The position numbers and the translations under genes are program-made. 10,476 bases of DNA, from contig JBHLLF010000077.1 in assembly GCA_048885865.1 (NCBI GenBank), positions 1 to 10,476 on the forward strand, given 5' to 3'. Source of the DNA: Candidatus Hermodarchaeota archaeon (GTDB taxonomy: Archaea; Asgardarchaeota; Thorarchaeia; Thorarchaeales; Thorarchaeaceae). The notes beneath the pieces are model-generated. The model was given only the letters and a program-made list of their open reading frames with translations, searched no databases and was not told where the DNA came from. Positions 5,135 through 10,476 of this stretch are shown here, in pieces; within the stretch, counting starts at the first letter, position 1; every line of letters begins with the position of its first letter.

Positions 5135-7234
5135 GTGTCACACATTTACAAGAAATTCGTTAATGACCGCGCAGCTGGGCTCATAGACAAGACGGCTCAG
5201 ATTCGGAATTGCACTGTGATAGCTCATATTGACCATGGGAAGACTACACTCACTGATTCACTCATTGCATCATCTGGACTCCTATCGAAGGAAGTAGCTG
5301 CTACTGCTCGACTCCTGGACTATGATATGATTGAACAAGAAAGAGGAATCACGATAAAGGCGTCAGGCATTTCTCTTATTCACCATATGGATGGACTGGA
5401 CTACCTCATTCATCTCATTGACACACCTGGTCATATCGACTTTTCAAGCCACGTAACAAGAGGGCTTCGACTCACTGACGGAGCTATTATTGTTGTTGAT
5501 GTCATCGAGGGAATCATGGTCCAAACTGAAACCGTTACAAGACAAGCAATGAAGGAGCTTGTGCGTCCAGTTTTGTTTGTCAATAAGGTTGATCGGCTCA
5601 TCAAAGAGAGGCGGTTGGATGCCAATCGTGTAGCAGAAGAGATCAACAGGACGGTTCGTGAGTTCAACGCTATGTTGGGCAAGTATCTCGACGATGATAC
5701 ACTAGAGAAGTGGGAGGTTTCCTTTAGCAAGTCATCATTGTCTATTGGCTCGGCACTGGACAAATGGGGACTCGATGTGTCGGTTCTCAAGAGCGCATCT
5801 GGTGGAAGTGATGCCACAGGTGACCTAGCTAGTGCATTCATGGCGATACTCGAAGAAATAGTGGAGGCATACTCCAAAGAGGCGCAAGGCAGCCTGGCAG
5901 AGAAATACCCGGTTGCCGAAGTCGTGCTGGATTCGGTGGTTAAGACCTGTCCGGATCCAACTATAGCTCAATCCTATAGACTTCCAGCATTCTGGACACC
6001 GCAGGGCAACAAGCATGATAAGAGCCTTCTTGAATCGAGGAGTAGTGGTCCAGCTGTTCTGCTGGTAGGAGACGTGCAGCCCGATAGACATGCCGGTCTT
6101 GTAGCGGCAGTCAGGGTGTTCGCAGGGACACTCAAGCGGGCTGAGCCTTTGACAAATCTCAGGACAGGAAAGGAAGGAAAGACCCTCCAGGTTGGAATCT
6201 TCATGTCTAAATCAAGAGTCGCACTTCCCCAGGTTCCAGCTGGAAATCTTGCGTTCATCACAGGTGTCAAGGATATTGCTGTAGGTGACACTCTTGTAGC
6301 TAAAGGCACTGAAGGAATTTCGCCCATGATGGAGCTCGAATACCCGACAGAACCTGTTGTCACATATACAATTGAGCCAAAGAAACTGTCGCAGCTCAGT
6401 GAGATTCAGAAACTCATTGCACAGTATGCAATGACTGATCCTGCTTTGGATTTCGAAGTGAATCCGGAAACTGGAGAGCTGCTTCTTTCAGGTGCAGGCG
6501 AGTTACATATCGAAGTGAGTATTGAAAAGCTAGCTCGACAGGGAATCGAAGTCCTGCTTGGAAGGCCAATGGTTCTACTAAAGGAACAGATGACTAAAGA
6601 TGGTGCTTCGTGCACAGAAGGAGAAGAATCGACAAGCATCTTTACTGTCCGAGCGATTCTAATTGAGGAAGGAGTTAATGTCGAGGAGTATGGCACACTC
6701 CTAGACTCAGAACCTATGGGCGGGTGCTATCTCATAGATTCAACTGGGCAAATCAATCCCTATGGCGAAGAGCTGGAATGGATCAGAGAGGCATTCAGGA
6801 CACTGATAAAAAGCGGGCCAGCTAGCGGCGAAAGACTACGGCATCTTGCAATCATTTTGGAGAAGGCGCAGCTACGATTTGAAGCTCAAGAAACTTCTTG
6901 GAGAGATGTGACTATCCCATTGATTAAAGCCATGAGATGTAGTGTGGAATCGGGAAACCCTCAGGCCCTAGAACCGTGGGTCAGACTTGAGATTAGCGCA
7001 CCTGAAGAGCATATTGGAGAACTTGCTGCGATTTTGGCAAGAAGAAAGGGGAGAGTCCATGAAATAAACTCTGATAGAACTTTATACAGGATAGATGCTG
7101 AGATTCCAGTGCGCGAGTCATTCGGCCTCGCAAGGGAGATTAGAACATCTACATCAGGTTGGGCAACATGGGGAGCAAAGGCTGGAGGATATAGAACAGT
7201 TGGAGCGGATGATGAAGAGGAGCCAGTCTATTAG
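5135..7234 (+). CDS. Archaeal elongation factor 2 paralogue (aEF-2p-like translational GTPase) lacking the diphthamide motif
   Basis: G1 AHIDHGKTT, RGITI, DTPGHIDF, NKVD, GSA; domain III EPVVT and GAGELHIE; domain V LEP...RRKG...IPVRESFG. Domain IV is diverged and has no HRG. Likely start is GTG 5135 (699 aa), 7 nt after the upstream stop. Confidence 0.9.
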   Translation: MSHIYKKFVNDRAAGLIDKTAQIRNCTVIAHIDHGKTTLTDSLIASSGLLSKEVAATARLLDYDMIEQERGITIKASGISLIHHMDGLDYLIHLIDTPGHIDFSSHVTRGLRLTDGAIIVVDVIEGIMVQTETVTRQAMKELVRPVLFVNKVDRLIKERRLDANRVAEEINRTVREFNAMLGKYLDDDTLEKWEVSFSKSSLSIGSALDKWGLDVSVLKSASGGSDATGDLASAFMAILEEIVEAYSKEAQGSLAEKYPVAEVVLDSVVKTCPDPTIAQSYRLPAFWTPQGNKHDKSLLESRSSGPAVLLVGDVQPDRHAGLVAAVRVFAGTLKRAEPLTNLRTGKEGKTLQVGIFMSKSRVALPQVPAGNLAFITGVKDIAVGDTLVAKGTEGISPMMELEYPTEPVVTYTIEPKKLSQLSEIQKLIAQYAMTDPALDFEVNPETGELLLSGAGELHIEVSIEKLARQGIEVLLGRPMVLLKEQMTKDGASCTEGEESTSIFTVRAILIEEGVNVEEYGTLLDSEPMGGCYLIDSTGQINPYGEELEWIREAFRTLIKSGPASGERLRHLAIILEKAQLRFEAQETSWRDVTIPLIKAMRCSVESGNPQALEPWVRLEISAPEEHIGELAAILARRKGRVHEINSDRTLYRIDAEIPVRESFGLAREIRTSTSGWATWGAKAGGYRTVGADDEEEPVY

Positions 7235-9528
7235 CTCCGAAGGTAGTATCTACGATTCATTACCTCGCCGAGCATGGAGAGGAGTCTTCTGTCGACCATT
7301 GAGATATCATCCATCATCCTCAGGGCACGGGAAATATTCGAAAAGACTGCATTGAGATAGGGCTTGGCCTCAACCATCTCGGACTGCTCTACCATCTGTA
7401 GATAAGCATCAGCGATTTTCATTAGGCCTAGCCAGTCATCAGCAAGAATGAACTGATACTGACCTCTATCGTCGCTCTCGGGGAATGTTTCGAACCTATC
7501 TCTGTCAATCACAGCATCATATTGATTCTCTAGAGCAAGAGCAAATCGAAGTAGAACATCAGACAGCGACACGCATGTTGCTTGAATGAACTCTGTGGAT
7601 TCCTGAAATGCGGGTTCAACTACACCTGCAGTTCGAAGTGCAAGAGCTGCGCTATATAGACCAGTAGCAAGGTTGCTGTAATCCTGATTCTCAAAGAAGG
7701 ACTTCACTGTCTGCGCTAGAGCCGTCTGCCCCTTCCAGTACATGGCTAGAAGAGCATCAATCTCTTCCACTCTTGTGGTGACAGGGTTTTCAATCCTAGC
7801 TGAGGGCCCCAGGTTAATTGATTCCTGATTGAGTTTTGTGGTTGACAGAGCTTCCATTAGAATCCCAACCCTTGATAGATCGGACCTATGTGCAGTAAGG
7901 TTACTTGCACGGCTTTTCAGGACTGACCAAGACTCATTGAGAAATGGAAGAACCAAGGACACACCCTGAACGAAAATTGAATCATCCTGAACTCTGGCAT
8001 CCGCTAGGAGCCTGTCAATATCATCTAGCAAACGCACGACCCGAGAAGGGAGTGTTTCTCCATGGCGGAAAGCAATCCATACTACGTTATAGGTTGCAAT
8101 CGCTACCTCAACAAACGCCCGGGGATCTGTAGGAAATAGGGGTACAAACTGAACTAACACTTCACGTAGCGATCCTAGAGCTTCTTCTGAGTACTCAGGA
8201 GAACGCATCATGGATAGTGAAAGACCCAGCTTACTACCCAGTAGTTCCAACTCAGACACCCGACCCTTCTGATGAAGTTCTTCACGTATCTGAATAGCCC
8301 GCTGAAAGGCAGCGACTCCTGTGTCCCAAAACTCATCTGATTCAGTGCTCAGGCAGACCCAGCCCAAGGTGTTCTCAGCTCTTGCCAAGTCTCCTGCCAT
8401 GTCATGACCCGATGATTCCATCTGTTCAAGAATGATTTTGGCACGTTCTAGATATTCAACACTCTTCATAGTATTGTCATGGTCTGAGAGGAGTCCATGT
8501 GCAAATCCAAGTCCAGCTAGAATTCTGAACAGGTGAAGTGATTGATGAAAATCGGGCGCCTCAATCCGGTCATAGACAGCAAGCCCCTTTTCCAGACGGT
8601 CTATTGCCTCTGGTACACCCTCTCTCCAACCATTCGCAAGTATACTTGACCCAATAATGAGATGTGCTAGACCAAGATCGTCTTTTGTATCTGGAAAACG
8701 AATCCCTCTTTCCGCATATAGCTGCGCCGCTCTATCGCTTATGGCGCGCGCATCTTCATGATATACAGTATCATCACGAGTTTCGTTTACTCCCAATTGA
8801 AGAACAACAGCTGCAAGTTTTTCTTTGTCTTTCTCCGACTCGACAGCTTTCTCTAAGTCCATAAGGATGTTTCTAGATTCCTGAAACATTCCCAGCTCTG
8901 TAAGTACACATGAGTAGTTGAACATCGTTTCAAATAGCAGGTCCTGATTGCCCATTCTGGCGGCAATCTTGGAAAGGCGATTAAGCAGTAGCTCGGCGCC
9001 AACGAAGAACCCCTCTTTTATCAAGATGCTTGTGAGATAGTGCACTTCATGAATAGCAAGAGCAGTGGAGGTTTCATGTCCGCGTGAGTGAATTGCGTCA
9101 AGTGTCATTGTTACCTCGTCAATTATGAAGGGCAAGAGAGGCCTCAGATTGAGATTCAAAGCGGAAGTGACAGATTGAGATAGTTGACCCAATATGTCCA
9201 GCAATTGAGGTATTGCTTCAATGTCGGGCAGTAGTTCGGTTTCACTTCGACGGAAGATGTTTGTGTATCGAACGTCCAAGAGGGCCAGCATCTCTGGGAG
9301 GATACGATTCTCTTTGAATGACAAACGGACGGTCAATTCGGTGAGCTTAGCGCTAGCCAAGCCAGGCCTTCGGAGGATAATCTCCTCAAGAACGCGCGCA
9401 ATCTCAAATAATAGCTCGTTTTCAGTGGCGTTGCCTATTGCCAAATTCTGAATCGCAGAGAGCCCATCATCAAGGGATAGCGATGCACATAGCACATCTC
9501 TCAGTGTCACAATCAGCAATGACTCCAC
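7231..9528 (-). CDS. Large alpha-helical TPR-like repeat protein, function unknown
   Basis: 765-aa Leu/Ala/Glu-rich ORF with TPR-like helix pairs (LAAVVLQLG, LGLAHLIIG, LARAENTLG, AFQRAIQIREEL). GTG start preceded by AGGAG. TTTAAA TATA-like site at 9576-9581. Confidence 0.75.
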   Translation of the reverse strand: MESLLIVTLRDVLCASLSLDDGLSAIQNLAIGNATENELLFEIARVLEEIILRRPGLASAKLTELTVRLSFKENRILPEMLALLDVRYTNIFRRSETELLPDIEAIPQLLDILGQLSQSVTSALNLNLRPLLPFIIDEVTMTLDAIHSRGHETSTALAIHEVHYLTSILIKEGFFVGAELLLNRLSKIAARMGNQDLLFETMFNYSCVLTELGMFQESRNILMDLEKAVESEKDKEKLAAVVLQLGVNETRDDTVYHEDARAISDRAAQLYAERGIRFPDTKDDLGLAHLIIGSSILANGWREGVPEAIDRLEKGLAVYDRIEAPDFHQSLHLFRILAGLGFAHGLLSDHDNTMKSVEYLERAKIILEQMESSGHDMAGDLARAENTLGWVCLSTESDEFWDTGVAAFQRAIQIREELHQKGRVSELELLGSKLGLSLSMMRSPEYSEEALGSLREVLVQFVPLFPTDPRAFVEVAIATYNVVWIAFRHGETLPSRVVRLLDDIDRLLADARVQDDSIFVQGVSLVLPFLNESWSVLKSRASNLTAHRSDLSRVGILMEALSTTKLNQESINLGPSARIENPVTTRVEEIDALLAMYWKGQTALAQTVKSFFENQDYSNLATGLYSAALALRTAGVVEPAFQESTEFIQATCVSLSDVLLRFALALENQYDAVIDRDRFETFPESDDRGQYQFILADDWLGLMKIADAYLQMVEQSEMVEAKPYLNAVFSNISRALRMMDDISMVDRRLLSMLGEVMNRRYYLRS

Positions 9529-9601
9529 GTTGGACTCTCCTATTCCAGACTCATCTCTTCGAGGAGTTTCATCGCTTTAAAGTCTTCACGGAAAGGATGT
9601 G

Positions 9602-10312
9602 TCATTCTAGAACGAAGTCATTCCAGACCCTAGATGTGTCTGTGCCTCGCATTCGTTCCAATTTAACCTTGTAATTGGGTTGTTCACCTTCATCATCAAT
9701 CTTGAACCGAAGGACTGCATCCGCCATATAGGAAAATGTTGCATAGGTCTTCTCGTCATGAACACCTTCCTCAAGAATAAACATGATACTATGAGAGCTC
9801 TCTGTGACTCGGCCACTGAGCCTTTGGACTGCTCTTGGCATGGTAGCTGGATTAGAGTGAAGAATGAGTGTTGATAGACTATCTACAACAACACGAGCGA
9901 CAACAAGCTGATCCAAAACCTCAGAAAGCACAATTCCTAGCTCACTGATATCGTCAACCTTGGCGAGAGAGTGAACGGTGCTGGACTTGGGAGCCCCCAT
10001 GCGTTCGGAGTAGCCATCGATGAACACAAAGTGACCAGAATGCTCAAAGTCATCAATGGACCATCCATGGCGGCTCATATCATTCCTGATGACTCTTGGT
10101 GAAACGTCAGTTGTCACAAAGACTGCAGGGAATCCGAGCCTGAGTCCATCATAGAGAAAGGCTTCTGCGTAGGTCGTCTTCCCAGATCCCAAAGGACCAA
10201 GGAGAATGTATGAAACTTGAGTGAGCTGACCAAATTTGACAAGGTCCCCGATCATAGGCCGTGCAGTGGCCGGCGGGGGTTCAGTGTTTTTAGATTTCGT
10301 TTCTTCTCCCAA
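9602..10312 (-). CDS. KaiC/RAD55-like RecA-superfamily ATPase (single domain, diverged)
   Basis: Walker A GPLGSGKT, 'FIDGY', Walker B RVVVDSLSTL, 'YMADAVLRF' and finger motif 'ERMRG'. TTG start with GAGGCGTG upstream. Confidence 0.88.
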   Translation of the reverse strand: MGEETKSKNTEPPPATARPMIGDLVKFGQLTQVSYILLGPLGSGKTTYAEAFLYDGLRLGFPAVFVTTDVSPRVIRNDMSRHGWSIDDFEHSGHFVFIDGYSERMGAPKSSTVHSLAKVDDISELGIVLSEVLDQLVVARVVVDSLSTLILHSNPATMPRAVQRLSGRVTESSHSIMFILEEGVHDEKTYATFSYMADAVLRFKIDDEGEQPNYKVKLERMRGTDTSRVWNDFVLE

Positions 10313-10338
10313 TAGTCACGCCTCAAGTTCCATAGATT

Positions 10339-10476
10339 CTATAATCCAGTACTGATCTCTGCTGGCCATACTCTAATGCCTTCATCCGTTATCCTCATCG
10401 AGTGAATTCGCGAGCTGTGTTTTGAACCTCTGAGTTTCAGTATCTCTATCGACCGCGACCTAGATGTTTCGCTAAT
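10339..10476 (-). CDS. C-terminal end of a second KaiC/RAD55-like ATPase (partial)
   Basis: Not in the ORF track. My translation is ...ISETSRSRSIEILKLRGSKHSSRIHSMRITDEGIRVWPAEISTGL*, which matches the canonical KaiC-family 'R.I.I.K.RGS.H.....ITD.GI.V' ending. Confidence 0.85.
   Translation of the reverse strand: MSETSRSRSIEILKLRGSKHSSRIHSMRITDEGIRVWPAEISTGL

Noticed and set aside
616-9874. Remaining short ORFs in the track nested in or antisense to the major genes
   Set aside because: They are shadow frames of well-supported CDSs and have no motifs of their own.
9602-10476. A true circadian KaiABC clock
   Set aside because: The complete ATPase is single-domain, and no KaiA or KaiB gene is present in the window.

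Overview
Archaeal chromosomal segment, probably from an Asgard archaeon (Thorarchaeota-like). This is inferred from the EF-2 paralogue, the methanogen-type ThyA and the tandem KaiC-like ATPases; it is not proven. Left to right: the 5' part of a DUF169-like gene (-); a class III anaerobic ribonucleotide reductase with redoxin-dependent NrdD3-like signatures, plus its NrdH-like redoxin (-); a 395-bp divergent intergenic region dense in overlapping inverted repeats; thymidylate synthase (+); an Lrp/AsnC regulator with a Cys-rich, basic C-terminus (+); a WbpD/WlbB-like N-acetyltransferase (+); an EF-2 paralogue lacking the diphthamide HRG motif (+); a convergent 765-aa TPR-like helical protein (-); and two tandem KaiC/RAD55-like ATPases (-), one cut by the window edge. 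No tRNA, rRNA, CRISPR or mobile element was seen. The best leads are a possible switch-like structured RNA upstream of nrdH-nrdD, the Lrp/acetyltransferase/aEF-2p unit and the KaiC-KaiC-TPR module.
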